From Octopus bimaculoides (Eukaryota), in contig NC_068994.1 of assembly GCF_001194135.2 (NCBI RefSeq), positions 4,211,519 through 4,275,518 on the forward strand: a stretch of 64,000 nt of DNA. The letters are read 5' to 3'. The notes under the pieces are model-generated. The model was given only the letters and a program-made list of their open reading frames with translations, did no database searches and had not been told where the DNA came from. The stretch's first letter is position 1, and every line of letters begins with the position of its first letter. Made by a program: the position numbers and the translations under genes. Positions 31,907-43,915 of the stretch are shown here, in pieces.

Positions 31907-33124
31907 TCACATCAATGATTGGATGTTATTGTCAGAGGATCCTTGATTGTCACCTTTTCTCTGACCAACTGTGTAGGAGGGAATGGTCAAGGTACTGGGG
32001 CAGCCATTCCATGTCCACGAAGACGCTGGGGAAGTGTTCCGTTTCCAGTCGTAGTGAGCTTGTGAGGGCATCTGCTGCTGCTGCTGTTGCTGTTGTTGTT
32101 GTGGAGGCTGTTGGTGTGCAGCTGAAGCTATAGAAGCCGTGGTGGTTGTGGACCTCTGTGGCTGTGAGACACTTTTCTGATGGGAACACAGGGATGATGC
32201 AATGTTGTCGAGGTTCAGGGTTGAGAGAACCGGCTGTTTTAGAAGAGTCGTCGTCTTGGATGTTGAAGTGGCTGATGCTGGTTGGTGAGAAGACGAAGAC
32301 ACTGATGCAGCTTGATAAGAATGATGTTGTGCTGAGCTGACACCTGCAGCATTCATTAAAACAGGAGTGTTCAAACCACTAATTGGAATCGTTTTACATA
32401 GTTCGTCAGCAGAAACCGGGGTCAAATGGTGTGAAATGTCATGTCTGTCTCCATGGAGAAATTCCTTTTTTAAAAGATTGCCACACTTTGCATTCGAGAG
32501 TACCGAAGTCATATTGGTTTTGTCGTGAGGATGAATAGTTTGAGAGCAACTGTAATGGTTGGTATGAGTGCGTTCATGCTTGTTTAGGTGGTCTTTCCGA
32601 GAGAAAGCTTTCGTACAAATCTGACAACAAAATGGCTTCTCCCCAGAATGGGTTCGTTGATGGATTTTCAGTTTGTCATTTCGAGAAAAAGCTTTTGGGC
32701 AAATATGGCAGACAAATGGTTTTTCTCCTGAATGAGTTCTGGCATGGTTTTTTAGCTTGTCTTTACGAGCAAAAGCCATAGGGCAGATATCACATGCAAA
32801 CGGGCGTTCTCCTGTGTGTGTCCTTTCATGGATCTTTAGTTTGTCCCTTTCTGGGAACGCTTTACAGCAGAAGACACAGATGAAATGCTTCCCTAATTCG
32901 GGAGCCAATTCGTGTTTCTTCAGATATGCACGGAGGGTAAACCGCTTACGGCAGACATTACATTTGTAGGGTTTCTTGTCGATGTACGACTGCCGGTAGC
33001 TGACGTAGGTGTATGGGGTGGACAAGGGTGGTGTTGATGGGCTCGGGGTTGTGAATGGACCAAAGCCATAGGAGTGATTGCTTCCGACAACGGGTGAGAA
33101 TTGAACCTCTTGGTTTGCATACAT
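31907..33124 (-). CDS. ZNF-C: C2H2 zinc-finger protein, 405 aa (1 atypical plus 4 canonical fingers at 32564-32968; S/T-rich tail with poly-Q10)
   Basis: ORF with TGERP/SGEKP-linked fingers ([84 protein letters not shown]). An in-frame TAG upstream of the ATG closes the ORF. Confidence 0.92.
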   Translation of the reverse strand: MYANQEVQFSPVVGSNHSYGFGPFTTPSPSTPPLSTPYTYVSYRQSYIDKKPYKCNVCRKRFTLRAYLKKHELAPELGKHFICVFCCKAFPERDKLKIHERTHTGERPFACDICPMAFARKDKLKNHARTHSGEKPFVCHICPKAFSRNDKLKIHQRTHSGEKPFCCQICTKAFSRKDHLNKHERTHTNHYSCSQTIHPHDKTNMTSVLSNAKCGNLLKKEFLHGDRHDISHHLTPVSADELCKTIPISGLNTPVLMNAAGVSSAQHHSYQAASVSSSSHQPASATSTSKTTTLLKQPVLSTLNLDNIASSLCSHQKSVSQPQRSTTTTASIASAAHQQPPQQQQQQQQQQMPSQAHYDWKRNTSPASSWTWNGCPSTLTIPSYTVGQRKGDNQGSSDNNIQSLM

Positions 33125-34299
33125 GCTGAGTGTTCTGTTTATGAGTCTGAGGCGTAATTGCTACGAACGTATGCTGACAATGATCTTGATGACGATATTG
33201 ATAACACTGATGATAATGATGATGTGACGATGACTATGAGTCTGGTGAGGGACTTACATATAAAGTTACCAAAATATAACGTAATTAAATAGACATCTTA
33301 ACATACATAGAGTGACTATATTTCATCAACAACTACATGTGACTGTATATGGTTATAATATATATATATATAATTGTATAGAGTTATATATTTACTACAC
33401 TATGACTCGAAATAGAGGAGTATTAGACTAGAAACATTCACAGTTTCAGTTTAATCACAGCCTAGACAGACCTTATAACTGTCTATGGTCTACGGAGAAG
33501 GAACTATGTATAAACCATACCAGTTATATACTGGGGTGACAGACGCGAATGACAGTTATTCAAGTAGACAGGAGCAGTATACTTTCATGAAGACCAACTC
33601 TTGAACAATTTTGTGGATGAGGTTTAATTAGGGGCTGATCAATTGCAGTCAGCCCAAACATAAACACAGAGAAAGGGCACTGACTGCAGACCATGGTGAG
33701 GGAAGGGGCCAACTAAAAGATGGGTAAGCGGTAGGGTTAATGCAGGATTAAAAGATATGGAGATTAGTCCATTTAGGGAACACACAAAATAGGGGTTCCA
33801 CAGAGTAGCTAACCCCTAAACTATTCCTTACATATACAATCATCTTTATGCCCTTAACAAAAGTCTGTAAGTAATCACTTGACTTGCGAAAAGTAACAGC
33901 CAGTTATCCCTTAAACCACAGCCTACTGTCTTAAATAAGGAAAGGAAGCATTAAAAAATGTGGTCCTAGACATCCCCTAAAAAGACAGGATGGTCATGGC
34001 TGGAGTACTTTTGATCATAGGTCTGCTTGTTAGGCAACAACTCTTAACAGAGTGATTATACAGGAGAGAAGGAGTGATCAAATTATACGAAAGGGGTCAG
34101 TTTTATTTTGGAATGGCAAAAAGTGTTATCTTGTGAAATAGCAGGGGTCAAAATGTTTTTTCTCCTTTATTAAAGCATGCTAGTTATAGACCCTTGTCAA
34201 ATATCCCCACTAAAATGGTAGCGTATATATTCTTATATTTCTGTATATAGTTCACAGATGAGAACCAGATATTTCTGTACATAACATAAAAATCATAGC

Positions 34300-34537
34300 A
34301 TATATATTAGTGTATATATATGTATTAGTTGGGGAGGGTCATTTCTGGATGCTAGCACAATGTAATCAGTGGAATGTAATATCAGCACAAAATAATAATT
34401 GGAGTTTATCCCATTTCCCGTAGAGGATCAGGAACCGTCATGGGAAATATATAAACAGACAGCAGGTCTTGTTCTTTTGTTGCACTGGATGGTCAGCAAT
34501 GGATTCTCTCGGAGTGTATACAAGTTGATCCAATATC
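34300..34537 (-). other. Putative ZNF-C 5'UTR exon start
   Basis: Strong minus-strand acceptor ttatcattttctcctttcag|g, exon starting at 34537. The exon end is undetermined. CpG-rich DNA at 35000-36250 upstream is a plausible promoter. Confidence 0.3.
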
Positions 34538-34867
34538 CTGAAAGGAGAAAATGATAACATTATTAACGATGATGATAACTAAAATAATGATTGATTTTAA
34601 TTTAGAGATAAGATTAAGGCAGTGAGCCGGCAGAGCCATAACTGTCCAGGGAGAAACGCTATGTCGTATTTCTCCAAACTCGATGTTCTGAGTTCAAATG
34701 CCACTGGCAATGATTTTTGACCCCCAGTACTCTACTGGTACAGATTTCATCAACCCTGAAAGGATGAAAGGCTAAGTTGACCCAGATGGAATTTCTTCAT
34801 AAAAACGGATGAAATGTCACTAAGCATCTTCTCTGGCAAGGCTAACAATTCTGCCATCTCATCGTCT

Positions 34868-34927
<60 letters not shown>

Positions 34928-35966
34928 TCGTTCTTTTTATTGGCCACAAGGGCTAATATCAATTAAAAACATATAAGGACAAAGACAGGACGAAGGTTAC
35001 AAAAGGTTTTGTCCGAAAAGGTAGGAAAGTTCGTCTAAACAGAGGAAGAAAACGGAGAAAGATATAATAAATAAATAGATAAATAAATAAGTAGAACTCC
35101 CAAAGGGGGAGCGCTTCGAAAAAGGAAAGGTTACACGTGGAAAAAACGATAATAATAATTCTTTCAACCGTTACGGGAATTGTGGAAATGAAGGCAGGAA
35201 TTCTTTTCTCAGAATTTTACGAACTTCGAAGATGTATTCGTGTGAAATTTCGCAAAAGATATGCTTTTTCAGAAAGTCGGGAGGAAACATAGTCAGGAGG
35301 CACCAAACTATACTTATACCAAAATTCTAATTAATTTAAACTAAAAGCAAACGAGAAGGAAAATTATTAACGATGTATTCTGGTTAAAACAGGTAAGGGA
35401 GACAACTAAAAAAATTACAAACAAACATTGTAAGTAAAATAACTTCGATGTTAGCGGCGGCTTGAAATAAGAATTTCTATACAGTAAGTTGTAAAAGAAA
35501 GAAAGAGAGAGAGAGAGAGAAAGAGAAAGACAGAGACAGGGAGGGAGAGACAGAGAGAGTTGTTGGTGGGAGATATGAAATTTATTTACGTAGATTTTTA
35601 ATAAAAAAAACTTTACCGTGAAACAATATAATAAATTAAAACTACGAAAGTTAAAAATAAAACCAGTGAATGAGTTACAGAAGCAAAATTGGAGATGAAA
35701 AACAGCTGTAAACATCAAGCAGAGATGTGTGGTTTACAGTATGTCGGGGAATAAATATCTTATTTCTTCCCCGACATACTCTGATTGGGTCGGCCTGTCA
35801 TCGAAGGTATTATAATACCTGTCTCGTGTGTATATAAGAACTACATTGTCCAATATGTCTTTCTTTTATTAAGACAGTAGAATGGGATTCGATGTAGATA
35901 CGACTGCTATTTCTAACAAGACTATGGTCTACGCGCAGCCATTTAAAATTGTATGCCTAATAAAAC

Positions 35967-36025
<59 letters not shown>

Positions 36026-36081
36026 AGAAAAACAGACGACAGACAAAAAGGCAGACGACAGATAGACAGACAGACAGATAG

Positions 36082-36112
<31 letters not shown>

Positions 36113-36954
36113 GATAAGGAATGGAAGTGGTACATTAAAAAAAAATTTATTCGCATATTTGTAAATTTAGTCGCTAAACCATGAGTTGTATGGTGACCGT
36201 CTGTTTATCGAAATTCCTTTAATTTCGATATGGGACGAAGTAACGTGCGATGTTAATAAACTCGTTTTANNNNNNNNNNNNNNNNNNNNNNNNNNNNNNN
36301 NNNNNNNNNNNNNNNNNNNNNNNNNNNNNNNNNNNNNNNNNNNNNNNNNNNNNNNNNNNNNNNNNNNNNNNNNNNNNNNNNNNNNNNNNNNNNNNNNNNN
36401 NNNNNNNNNNNNNNNNNNNNNNNNNNNNNNNNNNNNNNNNNNNNNNNNNNNNNNNNNNNNNNNNNNNNNNNNNNNNNNNNNNNNNNNNNNNNNNNNNNNN
36501 NNNNNNNNNNNNNNNNNNNNNNNNNNNNNNNNNNNNNNNNNNNNNNNNNNNNNNNNNNNNNNNNNNNNNNNNNNNNNNNNNNNNNNNNNNNNNNNNNNNN
36601 NNNNNNNNNNNNNNNNNNNNNNNNNNNNATATATATATATATAAATGTGTGTGAGCGTGTGTGTAGACGCATGTAAGTACGAGCTTAAACAAAGTACACG
36701 TGACATTTGACCCCAGCATGGATTTATGCAGCATTGCTCACATAACCTACTGACCTTTCCACGGCCCATACAGGCTTTAAACAGAATGTATACATACATT
36801 TTATTTATCTATCTATCTATCTAACAAATGGTTGTGCTGTTCACTATATTTTTCTGTTTGTGACGGACTTCATAACTACTGGCAGCATACGAGAAATATA
36901 CACACATTTGAAGAATAATCTAATATACGCGCTTATGTATATATTTTTTTGCTT

Positions 36955-37259
36955 TAAACTGCGGCCATACTGGGGCACAGCTTGAAGAATATTTAGCCCA
37001 TATTTTTTTTTAAAGCCTCGCACTTATTCTATCGGTCGGCTGCTAAGTTATGGGTACGTAAGCACAGCAACACCGGCTGAGAAGCAATGGTGGGGGGACA
37101 AACAAGCTTCTTTCGGTTTCCGTCTCCCAAATCCACTTAGAAGGCTTTGGTCAGTCTGAGATTATTAGTAGAGGACGCTGGCCCAAGGTACCACGCAATC
37201 GATTGAACCCAGAGCCGTGTCGTTGGGAAGCGAGATTCTTACGATACAGCCACGCCTGA
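36955..37259 (-). mobile_element. SINE family A
   Basis: Reverse complement includes the head ending cagccacgcct. Further fragments at 37560-37615, 38840-39070 (+), 52635-52710 and 56165-56340. Confidence 0.8.
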
Positions 37260-37332
37260 GAATAAAAGCGGTCAGCAAGCTGCTGCAGAGAATCGGACCC
37301 CTCAGCCTCTCAAATTCCGACTGAGCGATCCC

Positions 37333-37402
<70 letters not shown>

Positions 37403-38454
37403 ACATGTGTACGTATGTGTATCTGATTATTAGAAATGATATATAAATTAGTAATAAGCTAGCCACCCTTAAGACATCGTTTCACTTGTCCCACCCGTAA
37501 TTAAACATCCTGGCACATTTATCTCTGTATATCATGTGTGTGCGTGTGTATATATATTCTTGTACTCTTTTATTCATTTCAGCCATGCGGCTGCGATCAT
37601 GCTGGAGCACCACCATATATATATATNNNNNNNNNNNNNNNNNNNNNNNNNNNNNNNNNNNNNNNNNNNNNNNNNNNNNNNNNNNNNNNNNNNNNNNNNN
37701 NNNNNNNNNNNNNNNNNNNNNNNNNNNNNNNNNNNNNNNNNNNNNNNNNNNNNNNNNNNNNNNNNNNNNNNNNNNNNNNNNNNNNNNNNNNNNNNNNNNN
37801 NNNNNNNNNNNNNNNNNNNNNNNNNNNNNNNNNNNNNNNNNNNNNNNNNNNNNNNNNNNNNNNNNNNNNNNNNNNNNNNNNNNNNNNNNNNNNNNNNNNN
37901 NNNNNNNNNNNNNNNNNNNNNNNNNNNNNNNNNNNNNNNNNNNNNNNNNNNNNNNNNNNNNNNNNNNNNNNNNNNNNNNNNNNNNNNNNNNNNNNNNNNN
38001 NNNNNNNNNNNNNNNNNNNNNNNNNNNNNNNNNNNNNNNNNNNNNNNNNNNNNNNNNNNNNNNNNNNNNNNNNNNNNNNNNNNNNNNNNNNNNNNNNNNN
38101 NNNNNNNNNNNNNNNNNNNNNNNNNNNNNNNNNNNNNNNNNNNNNNNNNNNNNNNNNNNNNNNNNNNNNNNNNNNNNNNNNNNNNNNNNNNNNNNNACCC
38201 CCATTCTTAAACACGTTCAACAGCCGCAGCCACCGCCGTGGCTGCCATGGTAAACCACTTCACACCACCACCACCACCACCACCGCCGCCGCCACAATCG
38301 TATTAAACCAGTTCATACACCCCGCACTAAACTATATAATACCTCCACCATCGACACCACATTAAACTGGTATACCCACCGCCATCTCCTCAACCACCAC
38401 GGTTAAACCACTATACTTCCCCACAGGCCCTGTTCTCCGTCGCTAACGACGACG

Positions 38455-38730
38455 AGTATTCCAGTTGATTTGATCAATAGAACAACCTGCTCGTGAAATT
38501 AACGTGCAAGTGGCTGAGTACTCCACAGACACACGTACCCTTAATGTGGTTCTCACGGAGATTCACCGTGACAAGGCTGGCCTCTTGAGTTACAGGTCCT
38601 ACTCATTTCTACAGATGAGTGAACTGGAGCAACGTGAAATAAAGTGTCTTGCTCAAAGACACAATGCGCCGCCCAGAATCGAACTCATGACCTCACAATT
38701 GTGAGCCGATTACCCCTAACCACTGAGCTC
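38455..38730 (-). mobile_element. tRNA-derived SINE family C
   Basis: Reverse complement: gctcagtggttaggg (A box)...gagttcgattc (B box)...tgtgtctttgagcaagacactt. Related pieces at 44395-44520, 45285-45385 and 63860-63970. Confidence 0.8.
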
Positions 38731-40219
38731 TTAGATTCCCTACCAAGTTAAATCGGAACACCACGTGAAACCATTGGGTAAGCGTCTTCTACTTACGGCT
38801 CCAGGCCAATCAATGATTTGGGAGTGAATTTGGTACATAGAAACTGTGTGGAAGCCCCTGTTTGTGTGTGTGTGCGTGTGTCTTTTCATTTGTGCATCTC
38901 CCATCACTACTTTACATTCAGTGTTGGTTTGTTTACATCCCATGTAACATAGCAGCGCAGCAAAAGAAATCGACAGAATGAATAATTGACTTAAAAGTAA
39001 GTGCTGATTAAAAGCTTAAAACTGGTGCCCCAGCATGGCCACAGTCTAATTAATGACTGAAATAATTTAAGGACAAAAGTTTGGTTGATTCTTCCTGTTT
39101 GAGCATATCCTGGCCTTATTAAGAAAATGTGACTTGACAGGACCGGAGGTTGGGTGGGTGGGAGTCTGTTGCCAAATAATGCAAGAATCCCTCTCGGTGG
39201 GGGGGGCATCAGAAAGGCCCCCACCTCAGAGGAAACTGACTGAAGCAGCAAGGTGTAGGAGGAAATGGTTCCAGTTACATGACACCCTGTGGTACTTACA
39301 GCTAGGTGGTCTGAACTGGAAGGAAGGAAGGAAGTGTCTTGGTCATCTGGTCATCTTGACCATGGTCATTGCTGCAATGGTGGCAAAACACAAACTGCTG
39401 TGGCCACCGCCCATGATACTCCATCCCCACCCCCACTGCAATTGATTGTCCACTTCTCCCTCTCTCTCTCTCTTTACTGTCAGTTTGACCATCTGCCACT
39501 CTCAGTCACCTCATCTTCTACAATTAATGGATGGACACTTCCTCATCATCAATTGAACCACCACCACTAACGCCACCGCCGCCACAAGCACTACCACACC
39601 TACACACCAGCCCTATTGCCAGCACCACTTCAACCATGAGAACTGCCAGCTCCACCACTTCTGTGACTACCACTTTAACCACCACCACCACCATTTTCTC
39701 ACCTCCTTTGGCCATCATTGCTATGACCACCACTTCAACCCTCATCACCAGCAGCCACCCCTTCCTTCACCACCAACTTAAATGACCAGTACTTGGCTCA
39801 AGATTCATGGCTGTCTTGTTTAACCCTGGGTTGATAATACTGATCCCCGGATGGTATCATCAGTCAGGCCATCAACCCCTTTTTATGGCTATGTCTACCA
39901 CTACGTTATCAAATTTGTACCATCTTTGACATAGTAAGATGCGATTAGAGGTAGATTTAGTTGTTATTTCTAGCAGATCAGATGATCATATAGAAATCCC
40001 TTCATTGGCCTGTTCTCTGGTTTTAAATTGAGGAGGGATAGATTTCTCCTGGATAAGAAACTGGTCTAATCAAGGTAACACTTCTTACTGTGTATTTGAT
40101 CAATCTGAGCTAACATTCACCATCATCATCATCATCATTCACTGTCCCCTTTTCTAGCAGTAAGGGTCTCTACAGGCCATATGCCACATGTAGGGTAATC
40201 GCTTCATCTGTCTGTCTGC

Positions 40220-40271
<52 letters not shown>

Positions 40272-40284
40272 CAGCAACATTTGT

Positions 40285-40820
40285 CCTAAACCAGGACTGC
40301 CATGTTATGTTGGCAAATAATCTTTACTCCAAAGTACTGTTTCTGAATATCTCCTTCAAAGCAATCCCCTTCCGAAGTCACACACTTGATCCAGCATCGT
40401 TTTCATTGATGGAAGCATTCCTGGAACTCGTTTTGGGGGGATAGCAAGCAGCTGCCTTGTCGTATTCTCTTGGATCTCCTCAATGTCTTGAAATCTTGTT
40501 GGGGTCTCTCACTGCAAAGACCGAGCTTTGGTTTCACGATCATAGCCATAGACCCAGGATTCGTCACCTGTTATAACTGCTTGCAAACAGGTTTCCTCTT
40601 CCTCAACACAATCAAGAAGTTCATGAGCAGCTGAAAACCTGATCTTCTTTTTGAGACAACCACATTTGACACACTTTACTTTCAACCACTGCTATGAACA
40701 AAGAAAGAAAGCAAGAACGTTAGAGTTCAAAGTCAAGCTGTGCCAGGCGGCTTCTCTTTGTGTACTTTAGCTCCGTTACTGTAGCAACAGTCCTGATATT
40801 TTTGATAAGATCTCATATAT
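40285..40820 (-). mobile_element. Internally deleted, non-autonomous mariner (Tc1/mariner) element
   Basis: Translates to VITGDESWVYGYDRETKARSLQ* fused in frame to RFQDIEEIQENTTRQLLAIPQNEFQECFHQ*KRCWIKCVTSEGDCFEGD. TIR-like tatatgagatcttatcaaaaatatcaggactg at 40818-40788 and a partial partner ccaggactg at 40291. Confidence 0.9.
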
Positions 40821-41198
40821 ACATATGTACTTTCATACATACGTGTGTGTAAGCCTGTATGTTTACAACTTATGCTGAGTCATGCCAACTGGCAGTGATG
40901 CTATTGTTTATATTTAAGCTATAAAAAGCTATGTCATCATTTGTGATTGGGCAACAGAAGAATTGTCTGCTAGCTCTAAGCTTTCAAATTCCTCTGCAAT
41001 AAAAAAAAGTCTCTTACTTGAAAAACATGTAAAGGTTGGTGACAGAAAAAGCATTCAGCCATCAATGTCCTCCCATTTAATCCATGCTAGCATGGAGAAA
41101 CAGACATTGAGCAAAAACCATATAGATTACAACCAGTGAGTATCAGATGTGTTTCAAGTAAGAATTTGGTAGAATTTTTAAGTATTGGACAGATTGCC

Positions 41199-41531
41199 TT
41201 TTGTATTTTAGAAGTTATTTTGTGTTAAAGTTGTCATTTTTGAGTAATTTTAACCAATCGACGACGTGCATTCAGTTGAAGAAACCTAATGCTGTTTGCA
41301 AAAGTAATCAGAGAGCAACAACTTCTGGATCATCTCTACTAAATGTATTTTTTGACCATGTGTGGATTATTCGGTGAGTTCTTTACATTTAGTAGAGATG
41401 ATCTGGAAGTTGTTGCTCTTTGAATACTTTTGCAAACAGCAGTAGGTTTCTTCAACTGAAGGCACATCGTTGATTGGTTAAAATACCCAAATATGGCAAC
41501 TTTAACACAAAATAACTTCTAAAATACGAAA
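41199..41531. repeat. Long inverted repeat / foldback MITE-like element (arms ~149 bp, loop 36 nt)
   Basis: 41199-41347 is the reverse complement of 41384-41531 at roughly 90% identity (about 8 mismatches in the inner 96 bp, counted by eye). Confidence 0.9.
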
Positions 41532-41849
41532 TTTTGTCAAAAATGTTGAAAGTTAACTGTGTTCGGCATGAGAAATTACACCAGTATACAAAGTTTTGAA
41601 CTGTCAAGTTTAAAAAAAAATAATTAAAAAATCTGTGAGCCAAACTGAAGAGATCCCACCTTCCTATTAAGAGTAACACCACCGACCAACTACAACACGA
41701 ACCAATAAAGGGAGTTTCTATGTGGCCAGTGCAACATCTAAAAATAGCAACCAAATTCCCTCCATACAGTGGACAACATTAGTTTAGTCCTGAATATAAA
41801 CGATGGGATGGTCACACTATTGAAATACACCTTCTTTCCTTCCATATAC

Positions 41850-43052
41850 ATCATCACAACTGCTAACTGCTTTTACTACCACCACCACCACCACCACCAT
41901 CAGTCTTACACCACAATTGCAACCATTATGACCACTGCCACCATTAACCATGACTACTACCACCACCACTACCATCATTAGCATTACTGCCATTCTCCAG
42001 TACATCACTTCATCTACTTCCACCACTACTACTACCAGTACTTCTACATACATCATCACAACCACTATCTACACTTGCCACTACTACAACCATTACTACC
42101 AACACAAACTACCTACAACAAATCTTTCAAAGCACACCACTTCAACTACCACCACCAATACCTTCGTCCTGCTAATACATCCCCACCACCACCACCACCC
42201 TAACAACAACAACTGTAATATTTTCCAGAACATCACCACCAGTGCCACCATCGCAATAATCCCCCCCCCACCGGCTGCCAGCTATTCACCCAGACTAACT
42301 ACAAAGACCTCTATTCACACATACACACTTCTACTATATACACCCACACACATACATCATCATCATCACAACTACACACACACACCACACACCGCTAACA
42401 CCATACACACATACATCATCTCCCTACACCATCACCACCACACACTAATATATACTAGTGTGTGGTGTGTGTATATATATATATACACACACACACATAC
42501 GCTCATGTTCCCCCTCCCCCACCCGGACGGGCCTATATCTCCCCTCCCACCCCAAAGTGTATACCCACTCACTCAACCATACACACGTCCCCCACCATCT
42601 CCTCTCACAGGATTTAAACAAAACAACACAGTTAGTCAAGGAGGCGGTGGCGATGGTGGTCTTAGTATACAACAGTGGGGAAGGGGGGAAGTGAAACGAA
42701 GGTGGTGGGTGGTTAGGGTGTGTATGCTGGTAGCATGGAGAACCGGTGGTGGTGGCGGTGGTGATGTTGGCCATAGGTACAGGGGTGGCGGAAGGAGAAA
42801 AAGAAGGTGGCAGGCGATACAGGGTGGGGTGGAGAAAAAAAATCTGGTTGAGGTAACAGGGTGGGGGAGGGCGTGTCATGTAAGCAGCTGTGGCAAGGGG
42901 AGGAGGTAACGGTAGTGGGAGATGTGCTGTGAAGAGAAGGTAGCAATGGTCGTAGTAGCAGTAGTGGTGATTCTAGTATGTATGTGTGTGTAGATGTATA
43001 TCTTTCTATTTGTACATGTATGGCTGTTTGTATGTGTGTGTGTATATATACA

Positions 43053-43091
<39 letters not shown>

Positions 43092-43490
43092 GATATGTGT
43101 ACACACACACACGAGTGTGTGGGGGGAGGGGAGATGGGAAAGTTAGTAATGATGGAAGATATGGCAAGTGAGGGAGAGGGGGTAAGGGTGGTTTNNNNNN
43201 NNNNNNNNNNNNNNNNNNNNNNNNNNNNNNNNNNNNNNNNNNNNNNNNNNNNNNNNNNNNNNNNNNNNNNNNNNNNNNNNNNNNNNNNNNNNNNNNNNNN
43301 NNNNNNNGGGGTGGCCTTCAGACTGGTAGCCATGATGATGATGATGATGGAGTGATATGAAGGAGGTGGTTGGAGTGGTGGAAGTGGTGGTAATGACTGA
43401 AGTGGAGGGGTGGTCGCCATGGTTGCACTGAAGTAGGCGGGCTGGGGGGGGGGAAGAGGTGGTGGCGGCGGCGGTGGTGTGATGTTGGAA
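41850..43490. repeat. Degenerate (ACC/CAT)n block followed by (GGT/GAT)n blocks
   Basis: C-rich at 41850-42450, G-rich at 42630-42980 and 43310-43490. A similar ACC tract lies at 39500-39790. Confidence 0.85.
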
Positions 43491-43679
43491 TAAACACAAT
43501 ATAAAAGGCTTTCAACACCACTTCCTATCCAACACTCATATACACCAGTGTATATATATGTGTACATACATATCTTTGTATACACACACACATCTATATA
43601 TAAAAGCTTACATGTATATATGTATACAAATGCGCATACACACACACACATATATACATATACATACACATATTCCTTT

Positions 43680-43915
43680 ATATCATCATCATCATCATCA
43701 TCATAATTGAATGCCAAATGAAGAGGCGGGAGTGGCTCAGGTTAGCTTGGGTTGGACAACCTGACAGGGTGTGATGATTCAGAGGACAATATCTTCTTCC
43801 CATGTCTGTACTGGCATAGGTTTCTATGGCTGGATGCCCTTCTTAATGTCAACCAGCTCACAGAGTGTGCTGGATGTGTTTTTCTTGTGGCACCAGCACC
43901 AGTGAGGTGGCCCTG
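43680..43915 (-). mobile_element. SINE family B
   Basis: (CAT)n...ggatgcccttcttaatgtcaacc. Further minus copies at 44986-45200 and 46686-46865. Confidence 0.75.

Noticed and set aside
27425-37305. Shared 12-mer AATCGGACCCCT in two CpG-rich patches
   Set aside because: Many chance 12-mer matches are expected within 64 kb on two strands, and there is no third copy.
36167-38365. Long ORFs spanning N runs (also near 5 kb, 25 kb, 43 kb, 57-59 kb and 61.6-62.4 kb)
   Set aside because: Artefacts of translating assembly gaps and (TA)n repeats.
41950-43717. 319-aa and 334-aa Thr/His/Pro-rich ORFs (also 4620-5569 and 53898-54644)
   Set aside because: Translations of degenerate microsatellites with no domain or splice support.
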